A stretch of 64,000 nucleotides of DNA from Eledone cirrhosa. Its lineage: Eukaryota. Shown here piece after piece: positions 43,830-57,332 of the stretch (position 1 is the first letter of the stretch; every line of letters begins with the position of its first letter). Where the stretch lies: assembly GCA_964016885.1 (NCBI GenBank), contig OZ024745.1:129580001-129644000 (forward strand), written 5' to 3'. The notes beneath the pieces are model-generated. The model did not search any database. It had not been told where the DNA came from and saw only the letters and a list, made by a program, of their open reading frames with translations. Made by a program: the position numbers and the translations under genes.

Positions 43830-43956
43830 TTGGTGGTGGTGATTATGGTAGTAGTAGTAGTAGTAGTAGCAGCAGCGGTGGTGGTGGTGGTTTTGGTAGT
43901 AGTAGTGGTAGTGGTGGTGGTGGTAGTGGTGGTTGTAGTAGTAGTAGTAGTAGTAC

Positions 43957-43993
<37 letters not shown>

Positions 43994-44026
43994 GATGGTA
44001 GCAGTAGTAGTAGTAGTGGTGGTGGC

Positions 44027-44059
<33 letters not shown>

Positions 44060-44135
44060 GGTGGTGGTGGTGATAATAGTAGTAGTAGTAGTGGTGGTAA
44101 TGGTGGTGGTAGTAGTAGTTGTGGTGGTGGTGGTG

Positions 44136-44175
<40 letters not shown>

Positions 44176-44197
44176 GAGTAGTAGTAGTAGTAGTAGC

Positions 44198-44228
<31 letters not shown>

Positions 44229-44280
44229 ATAGTAGTAGTAGTAGTAATAGTAGTAGTAGTAGTTGTAGTAGTAGTAGTAA
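43830..44280. repeat. (GTA)n/(GTG)n compound microsatellite
   Basis: Read directly. Confidence 0.95.
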
Positions 44281-44944
44281 GGTTTTCCTGTTAGTGTTGA
44301 CAGGTCGTCGTGTTGGTGGAAAAGTGGAGATAGTGAAAGAGAAACGAGAGTAGTGCAACAAGTTAGAAATAAATCATAAAAAAAAACATTTAAAAATATA
44401 TGTGCGAGCTGTTAGAATAAGATAAGCCAATACCCCTCCCCCTTGAACTCCCATTTTCACCTAAACTTCACCCACCCCCCAAAAAAAGTTTAAACAAGAA
44501 TAAACAAAAAATGAAAAGAAAACGAACGTGCATGAAGGAAAGTAACAAAATTGTGTTCTATGAATAAAGACCGAAGCCGTATAAAGAAAGAATTAAAAAA
44601 AAAAGCAGAAAAGTAAAAGCACTCCATTCAGTTAAGATACTAATACAATATATATTTTTCTGAATTCGTTTCGTTTTCCTGTTCTTTATTTTCGTTCATT
44701 TACATACTACAAGTAGGCGTGTCGATTTGTTGGAAATGTTAGAAAGTTTGTCATTGATAACCGTTTTTTTTTTACAGTCTTTCACTCGTTTTATATGTTT
44801 GCTAAGAATAGGAAGGCAAATTTAAATATTTACTTGTATGAGCGATAATATACAAACTCATAGACACCTAGCACTCATGCGCCCACACATACATTCACAA
44901 ATACACATACACAGACGCAGGCACATAAGTACACACACGCACAT

Positions 44945-44992
<48 letters not shown>

Positions 44993-45127
44993 GTTTATCC
45001 CAGGTTCAATCGGGAGGGAGTAACCACAGTAAGTAAGGTACTCAATACATAGTAGAGTTGTATAAATATTTAATATAGGAATGTCTTCTACAGGATTAGG
45101 ACTGTTTCATTCGGGAGAAATCATCAT
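44993..45127 (-). mobile_element. Family K element, truncated at the HHR core
   Basis: Minus strand TGATGA-tttctcccgaat-GAAA-cag tcctaatc ctg-TA-gaag; tail contains actctactatgtattgagtac. Confidence 0.65.
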
Positions 45128-45431
45128 ATATGTATGTATATATCAACAGAAGCTCAACGAGGTCACTTCTCCTGTTGGAAATAGCAGCCAAACCTTCCTC
45201 GAATCACAACCAAGTTTTCGAAAAAATATGGGTAGTGATAACTGAAACATATTTGGTCGTATATCGGCTTGATCAGATCAGACGTAGTGCCAAACATTAA
45301 CAAAACGTATAACACCAACCATTCATAATTTTAAGTCTCTCAGCTAGCTACCAATTAAACCTTTACTTCATTATTCCTAAAACTTTCCCCAATTCAGACC
45401 AATAAATTTGGGACTGTTTCTTGAGCTGAGT

Positions 45432-45550
45432 TTAACTTTGCCTTTCAGCATTTCGGGGTCGATAAAATAAAGTACCAGTCACGCACTGGGGTCGATTTAA
45501 TCGACTTTCTCCTCCCCCCAAATTGCTGGCCTTGTGCCTATATAAGAAAC
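45432..45550 (+). mobile_element. SINE, 5' truncated
   Basis: Family core; tttcttgagctgag on both sides is a probable TSD. Confidence 0.85.
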
Positions 45551-46263
45551 CACTATTTCTTGAGCTGAGCAAGCCATATTTTCTGTAGCAAATGGAACAC
45601 TGGTAGATGTCTGAATGCTTGCAACCAAAGAGCAAAATTAAAAAAAAAATCTCCTAAGGCGTCCGTGAATTAGGATTGATGATGGGTGTGTAGAAAGTTA
45701 AGTGTAAAAGGGAGTCATTGCTGTCAGCTCTTTATATCCTGTGCCAGCACAGTTACTTATTTGTGATCCGAATATATATTCCTTGACATTCAACTTAACT
45801 TAGTTCTAACTAAATGCTTTATAACTATTTATAATTACTTCTGTAAGCAGCAATATCATCGCATGAATTAACATGGGCCTCATTAGCTTGCAAATGGTGT
45901 GTTCATCCGGTTTTGGTACACATTGGAAACCAATAAGATGACATGGTACGGAAACATCAGGCATTTACAGTCAGCAGTGAAATACTGATTATAATCACTA
46001 ACAGGTTATGGAAGTCAGATAACTCCAGCATTTGATCAGCATTCTCCTTAAGGGACTGCAGGTTTTATTGCAGTAGATGATATTTAATATTTATGACGTA
46101 AGTCTCATCGATACATATAGAGATATTACAAATTATGTTGAGCTAACATAAAGAATTTTAAGAACCAACTAGTTACTCGATTGTTATATCTATCACAGTT
46201 CGCAACATTAACAAAATATACCATTTCGCATGATGAACAAAAACAACAACTACACACGCACAC

Positions 46264-46306
<43 letters not shown>

Positions 46307-46467
46307 CAGATACATTTTTTCTATATCTATCGTTTGTGGTTCTCTATCTATTTTTGTGCTCCTGAAGAAGAATTAGAGCACAACATGTCGAAATTTCCTT
46401 CGTTTTATACATAGAAAGTGTGAAACTAACAAGACTTTTTGTACCTCTGTTTGCTGTTTCTGTGAAC

Positions 46468-46516
<49 letters not shown>

Positions 46517-46660
46517 CATTTTATTAAGGCCGAATGGTAGGACTCACTATTTAGTCTTAATAAAATGAATTTTAAAACTCTATTTTGGTATTGAGAACTC
46601 ATTTCTCTCAACTGTCAACGAAAGACAGGTATATATATATATAAATATATATACATACAT

Positions 46661-46745
<85 letters not shown>

Positions 46746-47075
46746 GGAAAAGAGTCAAGACCCCGACGGCTGAGCTCCGGCCGTTTCGAACCACGCGACA
46801 GACAAGAAAAACAACAAATTCTTAGGATTGTTTGATTTGATACTTCTGCCTTTTTTTGTTTTGACTGTATGCCCATACATGGACTGCTCCGCATGATAAG
46901 TTCGGCTAAGTCCCTGTCGTTCTAATACTGCTGGCTTAGTTCGGATCTAGCTGCCGAAACGGCAGGAGCTCAGCCGTCGGGGCCCTGACTCTTTTCCTAT
47001 TACCCACTCTACTAACCTAAGTATCGAGTACTCTGGTGTGTTATGGTCTACCTGGTTCCTCACCACACTTTTTTG

Positions 47076-47077
<2 letters not shown>
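46746..47077 (+). mobile_element. Longest family A copy, retaining a degenerate complete HHR (~46886-46985)
   Basis: gctcc..ATGATAA…cggctaagtcc…ggatctagctg-cc-GAAA-cggc aggagctca gccg-TC-ggggc. Confidence 0.7.
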
Positions 47078-47174
<97 letters not shown>

Positions 47175-47373
47175 TTCTGCTATCTCAAATTAGTACCATT
47201 GAACAACAACTGTTATAGACACCATGTATATTTCCGTGGGTACTTAGTACCTACTGAAATATTTATATCATTTATATGTATTCTCCTTCTATGTAGAGAA
47301 AACAATGTATCGTGCTGCTAATTTTGGTATCATGAAATTACAACAAGTCTATTATTCCCGCTTTTTCTTACGG

Positions 47374-47743
<370 letters not shown>

Positions 47744-47794
47744 ATATAAGATCAAAAGAAGGTTAAAAGAGTTCCAAGTATTTTATTATGCGCA

Positions 47795-47947
47795 TGGACC
47801 ATAACGCACCAGAGTACTCAATGATTAGCGTAGTAGAGTGGGTAATAGGAAAAAGCTTAACTGACGGCAGAGCTCGAGCCGTTTCGATGGTCCAGAAATA
47901 GCCGTCGAAACGGTTTGAGCTCTGCCGTCGGGGTTAAAATTTTTTCC
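47795..47947 (-). mobile_element. Family A element fused to a family L fragment (47745-47795)
   Basis: L arm …attatgcgcat joined directly to the family A tail ggaccataacgc. Confidence 0.75.
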
Positions 47948-48177
47948 TATATATATATATTGTAATCATGGGAGTAGAGAGTATGTAATTTACAATAATT
48001 TTATATGTGTGAAATACTCTAAATATACAAAATAAATGACAGTAGCCATTGCTAACGAGCAGTGAAACATATAAACCACCATAACTTTACGTCCACTACA
48101 TCACTCCCCGCCACCACTGTCAGCCCTATCGTCATCCTCATCAACGCTACTACTACTACTACTACTACTACTACTTA

Positions 48178-48230
<53 letters not shown>

Positions 48231-48557
48231 TAACGATATAATTGATTAACATTTCTTCAAGTGTATTAACGTGATTATAATAGCTTAAACTGAAACCGGT
48301 AAAACTAGCAATACCGCCACCATTGCTGGTGACGAAATAACATGACAAATGGAGTCTTGTTGTCACCTCATATCTTCTCTGCTTCGTCGTCGTCGGCGTC
48401 GTTGCCGTTGTTGACGTAGTCGTCGTTGCCGTTGTTGACGTAGTCGTCGACATCGTCATCATCGTTTTTATTGTTTCTATTTGTTGACGTCATCATTATA
48501 ATCATCATCATCATCATTATCATCATCTTTCTCATCACCAACGTATATTGGTTAACT

Positions 48558-49211
48558 TTGGTTAACTTTGCCTTTCATCCTTACGGGGTCGATACAATAA
48601 AGTACCAGTATTATTAATTATATAAAGTAACAATTATTATTAATGACTGGAAGTACCGGTAGAGCGTCGGACACATATTATTTGCAGCATAGTTTTATGG
48701 CCCTTTATAGTCCGAGTTCAAATCCGGCCGAGGTTAGCTTTGCCTTTCATCCTTACGGGGTCGACAAAATAAAGTACCAGTCACTCACTGTCTGACGCTC
48801 TACCGATTGTTAATAATAATAACTATGATTTCTGATTTAGGCACAAACCCACCAATATTTGGGAAAGGGAAAGTCGATTAAATTTACCCTAATGCATTAC
48901 TGGTACTTTATGACATTGACCCCATAAGGGTGAAAGGCAAAGCTAACCTCGGCAGGATTTTAACTCAGAGCTTAAGGGGCCGTAATACTATATCACAAAG
49001 CATGCTGTCCGACGCTCTACTGACTCGGCCAATCCACCGCTTATAATAATTGTTTCTACATTTGACACAATGCCAGCAATTATCCCAGGGCATTACTGGT
49101 ACTTTATTTTATGGACCACGTACGGATGAAAGGCAAAGTTAACCTAGGCGGAATTTGAACTCAGAACGTATGGCACTGTAACCCTATGCTGCAAAGCATG
49201 GCGTCCGACCC
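48558..49211. mobile_element. Cluster of four SINE copies (two +, two -)
   Basis: Family core at ~48560, ~48730 (+) and ~48900, ~49095 (-). Confidence 0.85.
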
Positions 49212-49289
49212 TATGTCATCACAATCACATATCGTCATCTATACAACCAACGACACGCACAAATAAAGTACGTTTCGATATTCCTGCTA

Positions 49290-50310
49290 ATACATACATA
49301 TATACATACACAAATACATACATATATACATACATGTATACATACATACCTAAACACATACATATATACATACATAAATACATACATATATACATAGTGG
49401 CTGCAAACTCGTTTTCGAGTACGGCCACTACTTTATATCCATGTAGGAGAATCCCTACCGATGCGCTGAACAAGTGTGACTTTTTAGTCCAGCCAGCGAC
49501 TTGAAAACTCTGGTACAAACACTACACTTGTGCCAATTATTGACACATAGTGCTGGCCCATGGTACCATGTGACGACAATTGCAGAGAGATTTCCAGATA
49601 TAAAGCAATGCCTGTGCCGTGAAGATTTTATAGTGAGCAAAGGCACTGCACAAAGCCAGTCCCACTCTCTTAACCAAGATGATATTTACCAAAAAGAAGA
49701 ACAAGTCAACATCATTGGATACCATCAGGGTTGCAGGTGTTATATCAGAGTTTTCCTTCTAGAATTCTGCCTTGACAAAGGCTAAGGGGTCATCTCTCCC
49801 GGTGATTTTGGATGGCCATTGACTCTTAGGAACCCCTTTGCCTTTTGACAGGTTTTGTTTTTAGTCCTGCATGATGTCCAAAGCCACCCTCCTCACCAAG
49901 AAACCTTGGTGGCGTTGCCAGTTTAGTCGCCAACGCCCCAACCATGAGACAGGTTGTACTGGGATACATGTTACCAGTAGCACCAACTGGTGACCTGACA
50001 TATATACATACATGTATACATACATTCCTAAACACATACATATATACATACGTAAATACATACATATATACATGGTGGCTGCCAACACGTTTTCGAGTAC
50101 GGCCACTACTTTATATCCATGTAGGAGAACCCCTACCGATCCGCTGAACATGTGTGACTTTTTAGTCCAGCCAGCGACTTGAAAACTCTGGTACAAACAC
50201 TACACTTGTGACAATTATTGACACATAGTGCTGGGCCCATGGTACCATGTGACGACAAGTGCAGAGAGATCTCCAGATATAAAGCAATGCCTGTGCCGTG
50301 AAGCTTTTAT
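49290..50310 (-). mobile_element. Internally deleted RTE-like element with duplicated 3' end
   Basis: Duplicated block ~49290-49630 / 50000-50310 encoding [17 protein letters not shown] (C2H2-like LINE C-terminus); 5'-UTR-like segment ~49890-49990 shared with 56650-56745. Confidence 0.55.
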
Positions 50311-50317
50311 ACTGAGC

Positions 50318-50350
<33 letters not shown>

Positions 50351-51599
50351 TGTATGTATGTATGTATGTATGTATGCATGTATGTATGTATGTATGTATA
50401 TATATGTGTGTATGTATGCATGTATGTATATATATGTATATATGTATATATATATATATATGTATGTATATATGTGTGTGTATATACATATTTATATATG
50501 TATATGTTTGTATGTATGTGTGTGTATATGTATATGTATATATATATGTATGTGTATGTATATATATATGTATATGTACATATATACATACATGTATATA
50601 TATACATATATACATATATACACATTTACATACCTATACACATACATACATTTGACATGCTCCGGTGGTGTGTGATATTTCGGTTTTGGACTGAAGTTTG
50701 AAATAAAATAGATATACGTGATCTGTTTTGGCGTAGTGCAATCGAGGTGTGCACGGTGGTCTGATAGGAAATGAGGTCAACTGTAGTTTATCACCATAAT
50801 CTTACAGACCAGCTTGATAAATCCTACACAGGCAAGATATCGTAATACATGAAGGTATTTATCTCCCGATGTTTGCATGTTAATGTCAGAATATATGAAA
50901 GAATTCCTAGAAATTGGTTTATGTTTGTATATATGTATGAATTGGTATTCAATGAATTATGTATAACTGAATACCAGTTTATTCTTCTTTGCATTTCAGA
51001 TAGAAAATGTTAGTTTATAAGTGAATTTATGAGTCTATCTGTGTATCTATAAGTATAATTGGTGAATTCTGTGGTGTGTTTCGACGAGTTTTAGCTTGTA
51101 TTTTGTTATTGAGTAGAGTTCTGTAATGAAAAATTATATATACTAGCAGAAAAACCGCCGAAGGGTTGTTTTCTGCTAGCATGTGTAGTGTACATATTGA
51201 TATTATACGCAAATATATTTGCATGTAGATATGATACGTTAAATAAAAACGTAATTGAGAATATGCACAGAAATTAGAGAGAGATGTGTTACACTCTCTT
51301 CTGTAATCAGTAAAGTAATCTACGGAAACTCTTGTCACCCCCTACCAAAAAGTAATGAGAAACAGTTTATGTTCCCATCGCAGTATCGTCCTCTTCGGAG
51401 GAGCTGGTTTGTCTAATCTTGCAGTGAAGTCATGTCGCACATCCTACATGCTCTTGTCAGAATGCACACGACCATATGTCCATACACTTGCAAGCGGCCT
51501 CTCTTCCAAACGGTAGAAGCTCTGAAATAGAAAATGATATTATTATTATTATATATTATAATTAATGATATTATATATTATATTATTAAAAACAAAAAA

Positions 51600-52500
51600 T
51601 GTTGGCATCTTTTTGCAGTTGTTCTGTTCAAAGTGTTCACCAACACTGATGTTGGCATGCGATGATTCCTTGCTGTATCAAAAACATATATTGCACTGAT
51701 ACATTATCTTTATGCAGACAAGTGTGATTTTGATAGGCACGTAGAGGAAGACCTTATGCTTCTGATGGACTGCTTCTCAGCAGCATGTGAAGAGTTTGGG
51801 TTGATTATAATCAGCCTGAAAATGACCGCGGTGAAGTAACAGCTTGCACCTGGAAATCTATATATTTCACCATCCATATCTGTCAAAAGAAAATAATGAA
51901 GGATTTGGATGAGTTCATCTACCTGGATAGTATTCTCAGCAGAACCAACAACCTTGATCAAGAGCAAGCTATCTGGATTGTACTCTCATCAGAACCAACA
52001 AGCTTGTTGAAGAGGTAAGACACCGGCTGTCTAAAGCTTTTGATGCTTTTGGTAAATTGGAGAAGCGCCTGTGATCAGATCAGATATCTGTGTGTGCACT
52101 AATGTTGAAGTGTATCAGGCATGTGTGGATGTGAAACATGGGCAACGTACTGTGGGCATAACCACTACCTCGAACGTTTCCAACAACAATGCTTGCGCAC
52201 CATCCTCATTATCTCTTGGCAATTTGACACATCAAATATTAATGTATTGCAAGCAACGAGACCACAATTATGAAACGGCAGATTCCTAAAACAAATATTG
52301 TTTTGAGATCTGTTGAAAACAAACGCCTGCAGTGTAAGCCACACGGGTGCTTTAATGACAGCCTGAAAGTTATATTGAATAAAGTCAACATAAACCCCAA
52401 AGCATGGATGAATCTTGTAATAGACAACGCAGTGAGAAAATCTGATTGCTATTGGTTGTTAAGGAAATTGAAAAGAAGCAGTGTGCTTATGCTGAAATAA
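51600..52500 (+). pseudogene. Decayed RTE-type LINE RT fragment
   Basis: Remnant motifs LYAD, EFIYLDS (cf. FKYLGS), RLSKAFDAFGKLEKRL, YLERFQQQCLRTIL; many stops and frameshifts. Confidence 0.7.
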
Positions 52501-53097
52501 AGCGAGCAGCGAAATATATCGGTGATGTTAGTCCGCGCCCAGATCGGGGTTCGATAGAGATCTCCAGCCTCTGAGGGATGCCGATGTGTATCTGTTTCAA
52601 AGGTTGGGCTACTAGGCCATAGCAGATGTCATATTCATGGAAATGACATTTTGAATACCTCATATACCTTGATATTGCATGTGTTATCTGTACCAAAGTG
52701 TGTCACTGTGCAGGTGGGTCAACAAGGCACTACAAAGCATGCAACACCAATCAAAATCAGGCAGTTAGAAAACTTGCTTGCACACGGTGTGGTATGACAT
52801 CAAAATTACTTCCAGGTTTGTCAGTTGATGCACTTGGGATACCTTTTCATTTATATTTGCTTAATTCACCGTAAGTCGTATCTTTTCCTGTCTTTATCTC
52901 TACTTGTTTTGTTACGTCCCACTCACTGTGCACTGGAATGAATGGTATCAATCTTAAAATACCGGAACCGTAGTGATTTCCAGAGCTTCACAGTTGTTTT
53001 TTCTAATGTCGCTCTCCCGTGCTCCCCTTATTCTTAATTCATATACATACGCACATACATAAATACATACATTCATACATAATACATACATGATGCA

Positions 53098-53131
<34 letters not shown>

Positions 53132-53391
53132 TTATTGTATCGCCCTAGCCGGAGGTATATGGTCTGTAATGCGAAGAAATACCTATGATGGCTAGCAGAC
53201 CACTGATGACGGATAATCCTCGCTTCTATTTATAATTCTTCAACTTTATATATACACTATTTGCAACAACACAGCTTGCCAGTTTTCATTCATATATATT
53301 TATATATATACACACACATATATATGTATGTATTATATATGTATGTACGTATGTATGTACGTATGTATATGAATTGAAAATAGGACACACG

Positions 53392-53430
<39 letters not shown>

Positions 53431-53749
53431 TTATATACATATATATTTATTTATACACGTATATACACAAACACATACATATATACACATACATACGTTC
53501 ATACAAACTTAGACATATGCACACATATATTCCTGTTTATACATACATGTTCTGTGTGCATTAGTATTTAGTCAGCTGTGTCCATTTAGCTCCTCTTCCT
53601 GTCTTCCTCATATAACCATCTCCCACACATACTCTCACCAACAATAACAATCCCCCTCCTACCACCTCTTGACACTGGATTTCTGACATCGATTGTTAGA
53701 TAAATAAAAGTTGTTTCGCCCCTGATATATGATATGATAGTCGCCCTTG

Positions 53750-53834
53750 TATATAGTAGTAGTAGCAGTAGTGGTAGTAATAGTAGTAGTAGTAGTAGTG
53801 GTACTAGTAGTAGTGGTAGTAGTATTAGTAGTAT

Positions 53835-53887
<53 letters not shown>

Positions 53888-53901
53888 AGTAGTAGTGGTA
53901 T

Positions 53902-53948
<47 letters not shown>

Positions 53949-53966
53949 AGTAGTAGTGGTATTAGC

Positions 53967-54021
<55 letters not shown>
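53750..54021. repeat. (GTA)n microsatellite
   Basis: Read directly. Confidence 0.95.
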
Positions 54022-54022
<1 letters not shown>

Positions 54023-54399
54023 GCTTATTTCCTATAAGAAGTGTATGTGTACGTGTGAGTGTCCATGTGTGTGTGTGTGTGCGCACGCGGTAATATGCAA
54101 GCAAGTGTGACGAGGATGTGGTTGCCTTCTTTGATATTACGGATAATATATGGGCCAAATAAGCTGCAGAAAAGAAAAGAAATAACGAAACCAATTAAAT
54201 ATATACCGAATGGATGAACATTCAGTATTCGTGATTGTAAGAAGAAATCCTCAAACATAGAACATGTAAAGAGGTGTGAAGTACTAAAATAACGAAACAA
54301 AGAAACATATAATCACACACAGACACATGCACACAAACACACACACACGGTCGCATACAAATATATATACACAAATAGACATATATACACAAATTGACT

Positions 54400-54448
<49 letters not shown>

Positions 54449-54455
<7 letters not shown>

Positions 54456-54852
54456 TAAAAGGTATTCCAACTTGTCTGATTTACTCGTTTTATTTACAAT
54501 CCTTTAAAATTTATAATGGTATTAGAATGAAATAGTATGGTAGAATATTAAATGTTAAGTGTTAATTGAACAAGTACTTTCATGCTTTCGCAATGACAGT
54601 CAATTTTGCAATTTTCAACAGTTGAAAATTGCAAACTTGACTGTCACCACACATTATGAACCTGAAGATTGCGAAAGCATGAAAGTACTTGTTCAATTAA
54701 CACTTAACATTTAATATTCTACCATACTATTTCATTCTAATACCATTATAAATTTTAAAGGATTTTAAATAAAACGAGTAAATCAGACAAAGTTGGAATT
54801 CCTTTTATTAATATAATCTTCTATACACAATCATACACACCCATGTATATTT
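54449..54852 (+). mobile_element. Family F fold-back HHR element
   Basis: ~145-bp inverted arms 54449-54594 / 54668-54813 around a nested hairpin 54595-54645; short tail. Confidence 0.85.
54657..54695 (+). ncRNA. Minimal hammerhead ribozyme (39 nt)
   Basis: tgaac-CTGAAGA-ttgc gaaa gcat-GAAA-gtac-TT-gttca. Confidence 0.85.
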
Positions 54853-54853
54853 A

Positions 54854-54889
<36 letters not shown>

Positions 54890-54900
54890 CATATATATCA

Positions 54901-55072
54901 AAGGAGGTGTGGTAAGGAACCAGATGGACCATAACGCACCAGAGTACTCAATACTTAGGGTAGTAGAGTGGATAATAGAAACATGTTAGACCCCGACGAC
55001 AGAGCTCAAGCCGTTTCGACGGCTATTTCTGGACTACTCGTCCAGAAACAGCCGCTGAAACGGCTTGAGCTC
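54901..55072 (-). mobile_element. Family A fold-back element
   Basis: Reverse-complement tail plus partial palindrome. Confidence 0.8.
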
Positions 55073-55105
55073 TACACACACAAATTGACTATATATATAT
55101 ATATA

Positions 55106-55195
55106 AATGAAGTATTTTCGTTTGAAGACAGACATAACATCTGCCTTCAAGAAACCACTGGTAAATGAAATAATTATCATATGTTGTTTATTACA

Positions 55196-55200
<5 letters not shown>
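55106..55200 (-). mobile_element. Family H element, truncated (similar pieces at ~20159-20228 and ~27917-27984)
   Basis: Tail start aatgaagtattt joined to the inverted arm tgaagacagacataac…ttacataact. Confidence 0.7.
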
Positions 55201-55248
<48 letters not shown>

Positions 55249-55861
55249 CCATATATACATATATATATATGTGTGTGTGTATATATAAGTACACACACAC
55301 AAAATGACATATATATACATACCCACAAATTGACGTATACATATATACATACATATACATATATAAATATACATGTCAATTTTTGTCTATGTATTTGAGA
55401 GTGTATATCTATGTTTGTGTGTGTATATGTATGTGTGTGTATATGTATGTGTGCATACGTATGTACGTGTGTGTATATGCCAGTGTGTGCGTATGTGTGT
55501 ATGTGTGCTTGCAAAGTGTAGAACGTATCATGCAAATAATAGAAAATGCCATATATATGTGAGGTCAGCCATCAATCTGAATAAGCAATTCAAAATACGA
55601 AAATGGTCTTTTACAGGTAAAAACCGAGTTTGAGTCTATGTCAGTTTGATTCAGGGTATTTCGTAAAATGATTCTGCTGCACGAGAGATTTTGGTATATC
55701 CTCAAAAAGCAAAGTCATCAGTTGGAATAAATTGTTCTTCTTATATTTATATCTGCATCTTACAAATGTGATTGAACCGTATTTTTTCCCTACAAGAAAC
55801 AAAATCTACGGAAATAAGCAAATGTCAAGTACGAAAAGATATATGTTCCTCGTTCTCTCTG

Positions 55862-55955
<94 letters not shown>

Positions 55956-55997
55956 TCTCTCTTCTCTCTCCCCCTCTCTCCCTCTCTCTATCTCTCG

Positions 55998-56062
<65 letters not shown>

Positions 56063-56649
56063 TTTATACATATATATAAACTATAATATAAACTTATAAT
56101 TATAAACAAGAAAGGTCAGTATTTTTTTTTTTTTACTACCTTATTACCAGTATGAAAAATAGCTCAATGGAAATACATCAGATGTCTTACAGAGCAGGAA
56201 TATAAAGTACAGAACAATCAAAATTATATATATATTTGGCTTCAAACTCTGCTAAGAGTACTGCAATCGCTTGTTAGATTATAGAGCTTGGCACACTTTT
56301 AGGCTACGGCCAGCCACACAGACCTGTAACATATCCTGAACAAGCAATGACTGTGCGTTGAAGGTTTTTTAAATGAGGGAATTCCTTGCACTCGATCAAT
56401 CCTACTTTCTGAGCATCGAAAACACTACCCGAAAAGGAGAACTTGTCAACATCATCGGATGCCTTCGAAGCCGCAGGGTTATTTTTTCAGAGTTTACCAC
56501 TCCTAGAAAGGTGTTGTGATAACAACCGGGGGCTTTTCACTTGCAGGAGGAAAACAAAAAAAAGTACTATTTGGATGGCCGTTGACTCTGCTGTGTTCCT
56601 CTGCTCTTTGATGGGTCTTGTATTTCATCCCGCAGGGTGTCCAAATATC

Positions 56650-56745
56650 ACTCTCCTCACCAGCTAGCTTGGTGGGGTTGCCGGTTTAGTCGCCTACGAC
56701 CCGACCACGAGACAGGTTGTACTGGGTTACATGTTATCAGTAACA
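56650..56745 (-). mobile_element. RTE-like 5' segment, second copy
   Basis: Aligns with ~49890-49985. Confidence 0.6.
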
Positions 56746-56772
56746 CTTGAGAGCTACTTGACACACGCACAT

Positions 56773-56823
<51 letters not shown>

Positions 56824-56829
<6 letters not shown>

Positions 56830-57127
56830 TAAAAAAATAATGAATAAAACAATGAAACAGTTCCTTATATTAAACAAAAAAGTTCATTATTTAACGATCG
56901 TTTCTAGGATATATATGTGTTAGAATTGGCATGCATATTCAACAGATCTATGTACAAAATTATACAAAATTATACAAACTATCAAGATTAAATATACATA
57001 CCAAACACACATATATGCCGTCTTCAGAACTGTTTCATTGTTTTATTCATTTCCATGATATCCGGACTACATTGAGTTCTTCATACGGATTGGACACTAC
57101 CGTAAACTCTTGGTAGATTTATCTACA
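56824..57127 (+). mobile_element. Family J element with a long-stem-II HHR in its inverted segment
   Basis: Minus strand CTGAAGA(57027-57021)…ccta-GAAA-cgatcg-TT; homologous to 60826-61012. Confidence 0.75.
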
Positions 57128-57152
57128 TATATATATATATATATATATATAT

Positions 57153-57332
57153 AACGAAGAAAGTGTGGCAAGAAACCAGATGGACCATAACGCACCAGAG
57201 CACTCGATACTTATGGTTTTAGAGTGGGTAATAGTAAAGAACCCCGACGGCTGAGCTCCGGCCGTTTCGACAGCTAGATCCGAACTGTCGAAACAGCCTG
57301 AGCTCAGCCGTCGGTGTCCTGGCTCTTTTCCC
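57153..57332 (-). mobile_element. Family A (subfamily A2) fold-back element
   Basis: Reverse-complement tail plus palindrome. Confidence 0.8.

Noticed and set aside
49455-49646. C2H2-like motif [17 protein letters not shown] as a host zinc-finger gene
   Set aside because: It is a single motif in a duplicated, stop-ridden block next to RTE-like sequence, more consistent with a LINE C-terminus.
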